Assembly (NCBI GenBank): GCA_963702595.1
Contig: CAVPDC010000024.1
Location: 12,593-76,592, forward strand
Length of the DNA: 64,000 nt
Direction of reading: 5' to 3'
Source of the DNA: an uncultured beta proteobacterium
Lineage (GTDB): Bacteria; Pseudomonadota; Gammaproteobacteria; Burkholderiales; Burkholderiaceae_F
Part shown: positions 38,467 through 48,037 of the stretch, in pieces
Layout of the letters: each line of letters starts with the position of its first letter
How positions within the stretch are numbered: the first letter of the stretch is position 1
Made by a program: the position numbers and the translations under genes
Notes under the pieces: model-generated
Seen by the model: only the letters and a program-made list of their open reading frames with translations
Database searches by the model: none
Told to the model about the DNA's origin: nothing

Positions 38467-40699
38467 ATGGACATGGCCGCCAAGTTTCAGGACCAGACGG
38501 TCTTTCACATGACCGGCAAGCGCGCGGGCGAAGGGCTCGCGGAGCTGGCGCCCGGTCTTCGCCCTGCCCTCCTCGCGGCCTACCGGGACCTGGGCCGGCT
38601 GCGCTACGACTATCCGGTCGTACTGCTGGAGCGCGACGCAGGCAGCCAGTATGTCAAGTCGCTATCGACCCTAATGGGCGAGCTCATCGCCGGCATCGCA
38701 CCGCGAGGCATCGAGGGCGAGCGCGTGCGCAAGCAACTGCTACGACTCGAGCACGAGATCCGCATCCTGTCCGCCAGCGGCGCACGGGGCTCGCTCAAGG
38801 ACCTGTGGCTGCGGGCCGTGGACAAGGCCGCGGGCCGCGACGACGACATGCGGATCGCTTTGCGTGACGCCGTCGCGTCGCTCGAGGACGATGGCGAGGT
38901 CATCGACTGCGACCGGACGCTTGCCTCGCGCTTCCTGTCGCGCGCCTGGCACAACGTCCACGCCGAGAAGGCGACCGAGTTTCGCAGCCAGGTCGATCAC
39001 CTGGTGCGCAAACTGTCGGACATCCTGCGCGCCGCCTTCGCGCATTCACAGGCCGGCCAGCAGCCTGAGGCGCTGAAGTCGGGGTTCGGCTCGCTGCACG
39101 ACTCGGTCTTCGACTTCTCCGCGATGTCGCGCCTAGTGGCGCGCAATGTGCCCCAGGACGAGCTGCCGCCGCAACGGAGGCAACGAATCGAGTGGGCGCT
39201 CGGGGTCCTTCGCAGCCAGCCGTTTTATCCCGATCCGACCCGAACTGGTGCCGAGGCAACCTACGGGTTCGTCTTTAGCGACTGCGCGACGGCGATCGAG
39301 GCGCACCGCACGCGCCTGCCGAAGCTGGTCGAGGTGGTAAAGGCGGTGGCCATCGCCGACCTTGAGGCTCGCGGCGGCTATGTCGAGGCCGATCACGACG
39401 CGTTCTTCGAACGCTTCGACGAGCATGCGCTGACGGCGGACGACCTCGCGCAGTTCCCCGACTATCTCGTCTGCATTCCCCCGGAGCGCAACGATGCGCC
39501 GGAAAATGCAATGCTGATGGAAATGCTGTCGGCCGGCATGCCTGTGAAGGTCCTGGTGCAGCACACCGACCTGCTGGAAGAAGCCGCGATTGGCCAGGGC
39601 CACTTTGCGTTCGGCATCCGCAGCGCGCGGCTGGCGACAACGGCCATGGGGCTGGGCGGCATGTTCGTCATTCAGTCCACGGTCTCGAACCTCTACGCCT
39701 TGCGCGACCGCGTGCGCCGTGGCATGAGCTGCCGCGGCCCAGCGCTGTTCAGCCTTTTTACCGGATCGCCGGCCGAAGCAAGCGACCTGGCGCCTTACCT
39801 GACCGCAGCGGCAGCGATGAAGTCGCGTGCGTTCCCGGCGTTTACCTACGACGCCGACGCCGGCACCAACTGGGCCACGCGCTTCTCATTCGAGAACAAC
39901 CGCAATCCGGAGGAGGACTGGCCCGGTGAGGAGTTCGCATACGCCGACGACGACCTGCAACGTGTGCAGGAACGGGTCCGCTTCACCTACGCCGACTTCG
40001 TGCTGTGCGACCGACGCCATGCGCATCACTTCGCCGTGGTGCCGCGCGACCGCTGGACCACCGCGATGGTGCCGGTCGCGGACTGGCTGGCGCTGTCGGA
40101 GAAGGACGCCGCCGAGCGCATCCCATTCGCGCTAGCCGTTGACGATGCGAACCGGCTGCACCGCGTCATCGTCGACTCGCGCCTGATGCAGGCGACGCGG
40201 CGCTGCGTGCTGCTCTGGCACCGGCTGCAGGAGCACGGCGGCATCCACAACTCGCACGCCGAGCAGGCGCTGGCGCGGGAGAAGGCGGCGTGGGAAGAAC
40301 AGAAGCGGCAGGAGATTGAAGCACTGAAGCAGGCCGCGCCTGCAGGAGGCCCAGGCACCGCCCCGGCCGAGGTTGCCGCCGCGCCCGCCACCGCCTCGGC
40401 CGTGCCCGCGGCACCGACAGAGGCGGCCGCCGAGGCGACGCGGCCGCCGTCGGACGAGCCCTGGATCGAAACGATCCGCTGCTCGAGCTGCAACGAGTGC
40501 CAGAACATCAACGACCGGCTCTTCGCGTACAACGACAACAAGCAGGCCTACTTCAAGGACCTCGGCGCCGGGACCTACCGGCAGATCGTCGAGGCGGCCG
40601 AGGCCTGCCAGGTAGCGATCATCCACCCGGGCAAGCCGAAGAATCCTGAACGAACCCGGGCTCGAGGAATTGCTGGAGCGCGCGAAGCCGTTCCTGTAG
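38467..40699 (+). pseudogene. 743-aa uncharacterised protein X: large novel N-terminal region, Ala/Pro linker and a C-terminal single-cluster ferredoxin domain. A 1-nt frameshift lies 50-80 nt before its stop as sequenced
   Basis: ATG at 38467, 28 nt after korB2. CSSCNECQ...EACQVAIIHPG matches the CxxCxxC...C ferredoxin pattern. After about 40645 the GC3-rich frame switches (+1) to LNEPGLEELLERAKPFL* with TAG at 40697-40699. 2233-1 nt makes 744 codons. Confidence 0.7.
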
Positions 40700-40722
40700 A
40701 GATACGTGGCACCGGGCCGGCG

Positions 40723-41430
40723 ATGAAGATCCTGCGCTCGGACCTCGCGCACGGTCATGAACTTGAAGGCGCGGTCGTTGTCATCGACGTGCTGCGGGCC
40801 TTCACGACCGCGGCCTATGCATTTGCCGCCGGCGCCCGATCGATGATCGCGGCCGACTCGCTCGACAGTGTCGCGCGGCTGCGCAGCCGCTACCCGGCGT
40901 CGATGACGATGGGGGCCCTGCCCGGCGGTCGGCCCGTTCCCGGAATGGACTTCGGCAACTCGCCTGCCGAAATCATCGGTCGCGACTTGTCGGGCATCAC
41001 GCTCATCCAGTTCACCGCTGGCGGAGTCAAGGGGCTGGTGGATTGTGACCACGCCACCGAGGTGCTCGCGGGCAGCCTGGTCTGTGCCCGCTCGACGGCG
41101 CGCTATATCCGCACGCTGGCGCCGTCCACCGTCACGCTCGTCATCACCGGACTGTGGACCGACCGCGACGGCGACGAGGACCACGCCTGTGCTGACCTGA
41201 TCGAGGCCTACCTGCGCGGGGAATGTCCGGAAGTCACCGCGTACGAAGAACGCGTGCGCCAGTCGGACTTCGGCCGCCGGTTCGGCGACAGCACCCACCC
41301 GCACCTGCCGGCCGCCGATCTCAACCTGTGCGCCGCCGCCGACCGTTTCGGATTCGCGATGCCAATGCGTCGGACCGGTCACGGACTGGTCATCGAACCG
41401 GTGGCGCTGGCGTTTCTGCCGTCCGCCTGA
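40723..41430 (+). CDS. 2-phosphosulfolactate phosphatase (ComB) family protein
   Basis: 235 aa from the ATG at 40723. The VVVIDVLRAFTTAAYA motif is typical of the ComB family (PF04029-like, as recalled). Confidence 0.72.
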   Translation: MKILRSDLAHGHELEGAVVVIDVLRAFTTAAYAFAAGARSMIAADSLDSVARLRSRYPASMTMGALPGGRPVPGMDFGNSPAEIIGRDLSGITLIQFTAGGVKGLVDCDHATEVLAGSLVCARSTARYIRTLAPSTVTLVITGLWTDRDGDEDHACADLIEAYLRGECPEVTAYEERVRQSDFGRRFGDSTHPHLPAADLNLCAAADRFGFAMPMRRTGHGLVIEPVALAFLPSA

Positions 41431-41486
41431 CGAACGGTCGAATTGACAGCGCGATTGCGGCGCGGCATCGTGAACGCACAACGCCA

Positions 41487-41972
41487 ATGCTCAAACTGCT
41501 TTCCGTCCTGATGGCCTTGCTGCTGGCAGCACCGCTGCCGGTCTTGGCGCAGCTGTACAAGTGGCTCGATGCGGATGGCGTCGTCAACTACGGCGACCTT
41601 CCGCCGCCGAATGCATCGAATGTGCAGGCCGTGGGCCCGACCTCGCTGAGCGTCGTTCCGGGCGTGCCGAAGGAGCAGATGGAAGCCATGCGCGAGCGAG
41701 ACGAGCAGCGCCGCCAGGAGGCGCTGCAGCGCGAGGCCGACGAGGCACGCGCCCGCGCCAGCGTGCGGGCGGCAAGCGGGGTGCCGTCCGAGCTCCAGTC
41801 TTACGAAGAATATGCCTACGACTATGACTACGGTCCGGTCTTCGGCTACGGACCACCCCGCGTCCGGCGGCCCGGCGCAAACCGATCACGGCCGCATCCC
41901 CCGATCGCTAAGCCGACGCCCCCGGCCCAGCCAATGCCGCTCGGGGAGCCGTCGATTCTTCTGGGGCGCTAG
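41487..41972 (+). CDS. DUF4124 domain-containing secreted protein
   Basis: 161 aa from the ATG at 41487. Signal peptide MLKLLSVLMALLLAAPLPVLA, followed by YKWLDADGVVNYGDLPP (the DUF4124 signature) and then a charged/Pro-rich tail. Confidence 0.7.
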   Translation: MLKLLSVLMALLLAAPLPVLAQLYKWLDADGVVNYGDLPPPNASNVQAVGPTSLSVVPGVPKEQMEAMRERDEQRRQEALQREADEARARASVRAASGVPSELQSYEEYAYDYDYGPVFGYGPPRVRRPGANRSRPHPPIAKPTPPAQPMPLGEPSILLGR

Positions 41973-42007
41973 CAGCCGGCCGAGCCTCGCCGATCCCGCG
42001 AACGAAA

Positions 42008-42027
42008 GCGGCGCCCGCAGGCGCCGC
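42008..42027 (-). terminator. Probable intrinsic terminator of gltA (8-bp GC stem, 4-nt loop, then TTTCGTT on the minus strand)
   Basis: gcggcgcc-cgca-ggcgccgc is a perfect inverted repeat, 22 nt downstream of the gltA stop, between convergent genes. Confidence 0.45.
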
Positions 42028-42049
42028 CATCATCGACAACGGATTGGCC

Positions 42050-43366
<1,317 letters not shown>

Positions 43367-43393
43367 GGTCTTTTTCCCGGGTTCGAGGTGAGA

Positions 43394-43660
43394 TCAGACG
43401 GACCGGAGTCCGTCCAGGACAGTGCGAACGGCATTGTGATCGAGAGTGCCGGCCGGCTCTTTGCGCGCCAGCAAAAGGTCGAGAAGTTCGTTGTCCGGGA
43501 GGTCCAGGAGCGCCTCCAGTGCCAGGACGTCGTCGACCGTGAGGCTCGCCTCATGCCGGTCCAGGTAACGGGTGACGATGATGTCGTTTTCCAGCAACCC
43601 CCGCCTTGCGCGCCAGCGCAGCCTGCGCCTTTCGAGATCGCCGAGCACGACGGCGCTCAC
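43394..43660 (-). CDS. sdhE: Succinate dehydrogenase FAD assembly factor SdhE (DUF339)
   Basis: The GTG at 43660 lies 2 nt after the sdhB stop. 88 aa with RLRWRARRGLLENDII...LLDLPDNELLDLLL, typical of SdhE. Confidence 0.8.
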   Translation of the reverse strand: MSAVVLGDLERRRLRWRARRGLLENDIIVTRYLDRHEASLTVDDVLALEALLDLPDNELLDLLLARKEPAGTLDHNAVRTVLDGLRSV

Positions 43661-43662
43661 GG

Positions 43663-44424
43663 TCAGACTTCGCGGCGAACCAGCATGTCGCGGATCTTGC
43701 CGATCGCCCGGGTCGGATTCAGCTCTTTGGGGCAGACGTCCACGCAATTCATGATCGTGTGGCAGCGGAACAGCCGGTAGGGGTCGTTCAGGTTGTCGAG
43801 CCGCTCGTTGGTAGCCTGGTCACGGCTGTCGGCGATGAAGCGGTACGCCTGCAGCAGTCCGGCGGGGCCGACGAACTTGTCCGGGTTCCACCAGAAACTC
43901 GGGCAGCTGGTCGAGCAGCAGGCACACAGGATGCACTCGTAGAGGCCGTTCAGTTCCTCGCGCTCCTCGGGCGACTGCAGCCGCTCCTTCTCCGGCGGCG
44001 GCGTGTCGTTGATGAGGAACGGCTTGATCGAGTTGTACTGCTTGAAGAACTGCGACATGTCGACGATCAGGTCGCGGATCACCGGCAGGCCCGGGAGCGG
44101 CCGCAAGACGATCGGCTCCTTCAGATCACGCAGGTTGGTAATGCACGCCAGGCCGTTCCTGCCGTTGATGTTCATCGCGTCCGAACCGCACACGCCCTCG
44201 CGGCAGGACCGGCGGAAGGCGACGCTGTCGTCGAAGTCCGCCTTGATGCGCATCAGCGCATCCAGCAGCATCTTGTCGGTGGGCTGCAGCTGGACCTCAA
44301 GCTTCTGCATGTACGGCTTTGGGTCCTTGTCCGGGTCGTAGCGGTAGATCTCGAATCGAACCGTCCGCACCCCCGTCGCGGCTCCTGCCACCGCATTGCT
44401 CTCAACGTTGCTGTTCGCCGTCAT
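43663..44424 (-). CDS. sdhB: Succinate dehydrogenase iron-sulfur subunit
   Basis: 253 aa with three Cys clusters (CREGVCGSDAMNING, CILCACCSTSCP, CHTIMNCVDVCP). Confidence 0.95.
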   Translation of the reverse strand: MTANSNVESNAVAGAATGVRTVRFEIYRYDPDKDPKPYMQKLEVQLQPTDKMLLDALMRIKADFDDSVAFRRSCREGVCGSDAMNINGRNGLACITNLRDLKEPIVLRPLPGLPVIRDLIVDMSQFFKQYNSIKPFLINDTPPPEKERLQSPEEREELNGLYECILCACCSTSCPSFWWNPDKFVGPAGLLQAYRFIADSRDQATNERLDNLNDPYRLFRCHTIMNCVDVCPKELNPTRAIGKIRDMLVRREV

Positions 44425-44489
44425 GCTTCGACCTCAGTAAGAACCAGTCGCGCCACCATCGACCGGCCACGCGCCCTGCCGTTGTGATG

Positions 44490-44522
44490 AAAAAAATCGT
44501 CTGGCTCCGCCAGCGAATTTTT
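44490..44522. terminator. Bidirectional intrinsic-terminator-like element inside the sdhA-sdhB spacer (A7 - 8-bp bulged hairpin - T5)
   Basis: aaaaaaa tcgtctggc tcc gccagcga attttt. On the minus (sdh) strand the hairpin is followed by seven T. Confidence 0.4.
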
Positions 44523-44532
44523 CTAACCCTAG

Positions 44533-44562
44533 CGCGCAAAAGTAGGGGTGCACTTTTGCGCG
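44533..44562. repeat. Perfect 11-bp inverted repeat (hairpin, 8-nt loop) just downstream of the sdhA stop
   Basis: cgcgcaaaagt-aggggtgc-acttttgcgcg, read directly from the sequence. Confidence 0.6.
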
Positions 44563-44566
44563 GCTC

Positions 44567-46342
44567 CTAGAACGTTCGCTTCTTCGGTTCGAAGGTCGGG
44601 ACCGTGAGCGGCTTCATGTTCACCGGCTTGTAGTCGAGCCGGTTGCCATCCGAAAAAAACAGCGTGTGCTTGATCCAGTGCGTGTCGTCGCGCTCCGGGA
44701 AGTCGTCGCGCGCGTGCGCGCCGCGGCTCTCGGTGCGGGCCGCCGCGGATACGATCGTCGCCTTGGCGGTCTCCACCAGGTTGTCGAGTTCCAGCGCCTC
44801 GATGCGCGCCGTATTAAAAACCTTGGACTTGTCGCCGATCGCCACATTTTTGGCGCGCTCGGCCAGTTCCATGATCTTGGCTACGCCCTCGTCGAGCAGC
44901 TTGCCGGTGCGGAATACACCGCAGTGGGTCTGCATCGCCTTGCGGATGGCATTGGCGACGTCCTGCACACGTTCGCCCTTGTCGCGCGCGTCGAGTGCCG
45001 CCAAGCGCGCCGCCGTCGCATCGCCGGCGTCCCCTGGCAGGGGACGATGCTCCTGCGCCTTGAAGTTCTGACCGACGATGTGATTGCCGGCCGCGCGGCC
45101 GAACACCACGAGGTCGAGCAGCGAGTTCGTGCCGAGGCGGTTCGCACCATGCACCGAAACGCACGCGCATTCACCGATGGCGTACAGGCCCTCGATAACC
45201 GTGTTCGGGTTGCCGGCTTTCGGGGCGACGACCTGGCCGTGGTAATTGGTTGGTATGCCGCCCATCTGATAGTGAATCGTCGGAACGACCGGGATCGGCT
45301 CCTTGATCGGATCGACGTTGGCGAACTTGATCGCGATCTCGCGGATCGATGGCAGCCGCTTCATGATCGTATCGGCGCCGAGATGGTCGAGCTTCAGCAG
45401 AACGTGGTCCTTGTGCGGGCCACAGCCGCGCCCTTCCTTGATCTCCTGGTCCATGCTGCGCGAGACAAAGTCGCGCGGCGCGAGGTCCTTCAGCGTCGGC
45501 GCATAGCGCTCCATGAAGCGTTCGCCATTGCAGTTGAGCAGGATTCCGCCTTCGCCACGCACGCCTTCGGTGATCAGCACGCCCGCGCCGGCCACGCCGG
45601 TCGGGTGGAACTGCCAGAACTCCATGTCCTCGAGCGGCAGCCCCGCGCGCGCCACCATGCCCATGCCGTCGCCGGTATTGATGTAGGCGTTGGTCGAGGC
45701 GTCCCAGATGCGCCCGGCGCCACCGGTCGCCAGCACCGTGACCTTCGATTCGAAGATCATCACGTCGCCGGTTTCCATCTCGAGCGCGACGACGCCGACC
45801 ACGGCGCCTTCCGCGTCGCGTATCAGGTCGAGCGCCATCCATTCGACGAAGAACTGTGTGCGCTCACGCACGTTGCGCTGGTACAGCGTGTGCAGCAGTG
45901 CGTGTCCGGTGCGGTCCGCGGCCGCGCAGGCGCGCGGCACCGGCTTTTCACCAAAATTCGCGGAGTGCCCGCCAAACGGCCGTTGGTAGATCGTGCCGTC
46001 CGGGTTACGGTCAAACGGCATGCCGAAGTGCTCGAGTTCGTACACGACCTTCGGGGCCTCGCGGCACATGAACTCGATCGCGTCCTGGTCGCCCAGGTAG
46101 TCCGAGCCCTTGACCGTGTCGAACATGTGCCAGAGCCACGTGTCCTCGGTCATGTTGCCGAGCGACGCGCCAATGCCTCCCTGCGCGGCCACCGTGTGCG
46201 AGCGGGTCGGGAAGACTTTCGACAGCACCGCGACGTTCAGGCCAGCCTGCGCCAGCTGCAGGGAGCACCGCATGCCCGAGCCACCCGCGCCGACGATCAC
46301 CGCGTCAAAGCGACGACGGGCCACTTTCGATGCAACCGCCAT
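44567..46342 (-). CDS. sdhA: Succinate dehydrogenase flavoprotein subunit
   Basis: 591 aa. VIVGAGGSGMR FAD motif, the histidine-flavinylation region RSHTVAAQGG, and the conserved C-terminus. Confidence 0.95.
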   Translation of the reverse strand: MAVASKVARRRFDAVIVGAGGSGMRCSLQLAQAGLNVAVLSKVFPTRSHTVAAQGGIGASLGNMTEDTWLWHMFDTVKGSDYLGDQDAIEFMCREAPKVVYELEHFGMPFDRNPDGTIYQRPFGGHSANFGEKPVPRACAAADRTGHALLHTLYQRNVRERTQFFVEWMALDLIRDAEGAVVGVVALEMETGDVMIFESKVTVLATGGAGRIWDASTNAYINTGDGMGMVARAGLPLEDMEFWQFHPTGVAGAGVLITEGVRGEGGILLNCNGERFMERYAPTLKDLAPRDFVSRSMDQEIKEGRGCGPHKDHVLLKLDHLGADTIMKRLPSIREIAIKFANVDPIKEPIPVVPTIHYQMGGIPTNYHGQVVAPKAGNPNTVIEGLYAIGECACVSVHGANRLGTNSLLDLVVFGRAAGNHIVGQNFKAQEHRPLPGDAGDATAARLAALDARDKGERVQDVANAIRKAMQTHCGVFRTGKLLDEGVAKIMELAERAKNVAIGDKSKVFNTARIEALELDNLVETAKATIVSAAARTESRGAHARDDFPERDDTHWIKHTLFFSDGNRLDYKPVNMKPLTVPTFEPKKRTF

Positions 46343-46345
46343 GAA

Positions 46346-46723
46346 TCAGACTCTCCAGAGAATCTGCACGGACCATACCGCGCAGAACACCAGCCAGAGC
46401 ACCGTCAGCGTCTGCAGAGCCACCCGGATCCCTGTGGGCTTGACATAGTCCATCCAGATATCACGCACGCCGATCCACGCGTGATAAAAAAGCGCGAACA
46501 GCGCGACCAGCGTCACGATCTTCATCCAGACCGGCACGAACACTCCTGCCCACGCGTCGTAGCCGCCGGCGGCACCGAGCAGCAGGCGCAGAACGACGAG
46601 CAGCGAGAACGCGGACAGGATGATCGCCGTCAGTCGCTGCAGCAGGAATGCGCCGACGCCCTTGTGCGCGCCAACGACGATGCGTTTGGAACCGATGCCC
46701 TCGGGCGACGCGGTCGTATTCAT
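46346..46723 (-). CDS. sdhD: Succinate dehydrogenase hydrophobic membrane anchor subunit
   Basis: 125 aa from the ATG at 46723 (MNTTASPEGIGSKRIVVGAHKG...). Three TM helices. 1-nt overlap (TGATG) with sdhC. The track ORF's upstream extension is spurious. Confidence 0.85.
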   Translation of the reverse strand: MNTTASPEGIGSKRIVVGAHKGVGAFLLQRLTAIILSAFSLLVVLRLLLGAAGGYDAWAGVFVPVWMKIVTLVALFALFYHAWIGVRDIWMDYVKPTGIRVALQTLTVLWLVFCAVWSVQILWRV

Positions 46724-47139
46724 CAAAACACTCCAAACAGCTTGAGCGCAACCAGCACCGTCAGCGGTAGGCTGATCCAGAACACGGCCAGCGCACTGGT
46801 GCGTGCGGCCGACTTTTCCACTCCAACGTGCAGGTCGAGCAGCAGGTAGCGGATGCCCGCGATGAGATGGTGGAGAAAGGCCCAGATCAGCACTAGCAGC
46901 ACCAGCTTGCCGAACCAATGCGACGCGACTTCGACCAGACGCGCAAAGCTGAGTTCGGACATCAGGCTCAGATCGAACAACCACAGAAGCAGGGGCAACG
47001 CGAGAAACAGCAGCGCTCCGCTTACGCGGTGCAGGATCGACACCATGCCAGGCGGCGGCAGCTTGTACTGCAGGATCTGCGTGACGTGGATGTTGCGGAT
47101 CTGCGGACGGGCTTTGCCGGCGACTGGAGTGGAGCTCAT
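46723..47139 (-). CDS. sdhC: Succinate dehydrogenase cytochrome b556 subunit
   Basis: 138 aa. SILHRVSG heme-ligand region. Three TM helices. Confidence 0.9.
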   Translation of the reverse strand: MSSTPVAGKARPQIRNIHVTQILQYKLPPPGMVSILHRVSGALLFLALPLLLWLFDLSLMSELSFARLVEVASHWFGKLVLLVLIWAFLHHLIAGIRYLLLDLHVGVEKSAARTSALAVFWISLPLTVLVALKLFGVF

Positions 47140-47205
47140 TGTTATTGCGATCTTGGCGCCCTGGAGAGACGCAGTATTCTGAACGAATTGATGCGACGGA
47201 CCAAA

Positions 47206-47970
47206 TCAGGTAAGCGTGTTGCGATAGTGGTAATGCGTCGTCTCGTACAGGCCGCGGCGTACTTCGACAGGCCGATCTCCGTATGAATACGACACGCGTT
47301 CAACCATCAGCAACGGAGAGCGTTCGTCCACGCCGAGCAGTTCTGCCGCGCCGCGCTCGGCGCTGACCGCCCTTAGGTTTTCTTCCGCGCGAATCATCCG
47401 CGTACCGAACTCGGTCTCGAAAAGACCATAAAGTGGACCCTTGTATTCGGCGAGCCGCTCTGCGGTAAGTCCCTTGAACTGCGCACCCGGCAGCCAGATT
47501 TCCTCTACCACGATCGGATCGGCACCGAAGCTCAGTAACCGGCGCAGGTAAACAACCGCATCGCCGGTTCGCAGTTCGAGCAGGCGCGCGATATCGGCCG
47601 ACGCGCGGGCGCGCCGGCACTCGAGGAAGCGGCTCTGCGGCGCAGCGGGCTCGCCTTCGTCCGGAATGACACGCAGGAAACGAAACTGCGCGCGCGGCTC
47701 ATGATGGGTGGCAACGAAAGTGCCCTTCCCCTGCCGGCGCACGAGCAGGTTCTCCGCCGCCAGTTCGTCGACCGCCTTGCGTACGGTCCCCTGGCTGACC
47801 TGGAAACGCGCGGCAAGCTCGATCTCGCTCGGAATGAGTTCACCCGGCTTCCATTCGCCCTGATCCAGGCTCTTCAGCACCAGATCCTTGATCTGGCGAT
47901 ACAGCGGCGAGAACACCGGCGGCCGCGCAGGCCTAGCCGGGACCTCAGTCGAGTCGTCGTTCGTGACCAC
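47206..47970 (-). CDS. GntR-family transcriptional regulator, HutC subfamily (wHTH + UTRA domain)
   Basis: 254 aa. LPSEIELAARFQVSQGTVRKAVDEL HTH. UTRA-like C-terminus. Sits in the conserved position between mdh and sdhC known from beta-proteobacteria. Confidence 0.85.
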   Translation of the reverse strand: MVTNDDSTEVPARPARPPVFSPLYRQIKDLVLKSLDQGEWKPGELIPSEIELAARFQVSQGTVRKAVDELAAENLLVRRQGKGTFVATHHEPRAQFRFLRVIPDEGEPAAPQSRFLECRRARASADIARLLELRTGDAVVYLRRLLSFGADPIVVEEIWLPGAQFKGLTAERLAEYKGPLYGLFETEFGTRMIRAEENLRAVSAERGAAELLGVDERSPLLMVERVSYSYGDRPVEVRRGLYETTHYHYRNTLT

Positions 47971-48025
47971 GGGGTGATTTCAGCACAGGGAAAGCATTGT
48001 TGTGTGATCTGCATTAAATCATATG

Positions 48026-48037
48026 TCTTATATAAGA
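48026..48037. promoter_or_regulatory. Candidate GntR/HutC operator: the perfect palindrome TCTTATATAAGA inside an AT-rich island
   Basis: tcttat|ataaga is self-complementary and extends to 16/18 over 48023-48040. It lies 56 nt upstream of the gntR GTG and 310 nt upstream of mdh. It is the only strongly AT-rich stretch (48011-48050) that I noticed in the window. Confidence 0.4.

Noticed and set aside
38002-41430. A 1142-aa ORF in the track suggests one giant protein
   Set aside because: It is a composite. 38002-38466 overlaps the korB2 coding region in another frame. 38467 to about 40645 is protein X. About 40646-40722 is a low-GC3 out-of-frame connector. 40723-41430 is a separate ComB-family gene with its own ATG. 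The GC3-rich frame ends at the TAG at 40697-40699.
44487-44570. A 27-codon plus-strand ORF (MKKIVWLRQRIFLTLARKSRGALLRGS) in the sdhA-sdhB spacer
   Set aside because: It is made almost entirely of the two hairpin elements and is antisense to the sdh operon. There is no RBS, so RNA structure explains it better.
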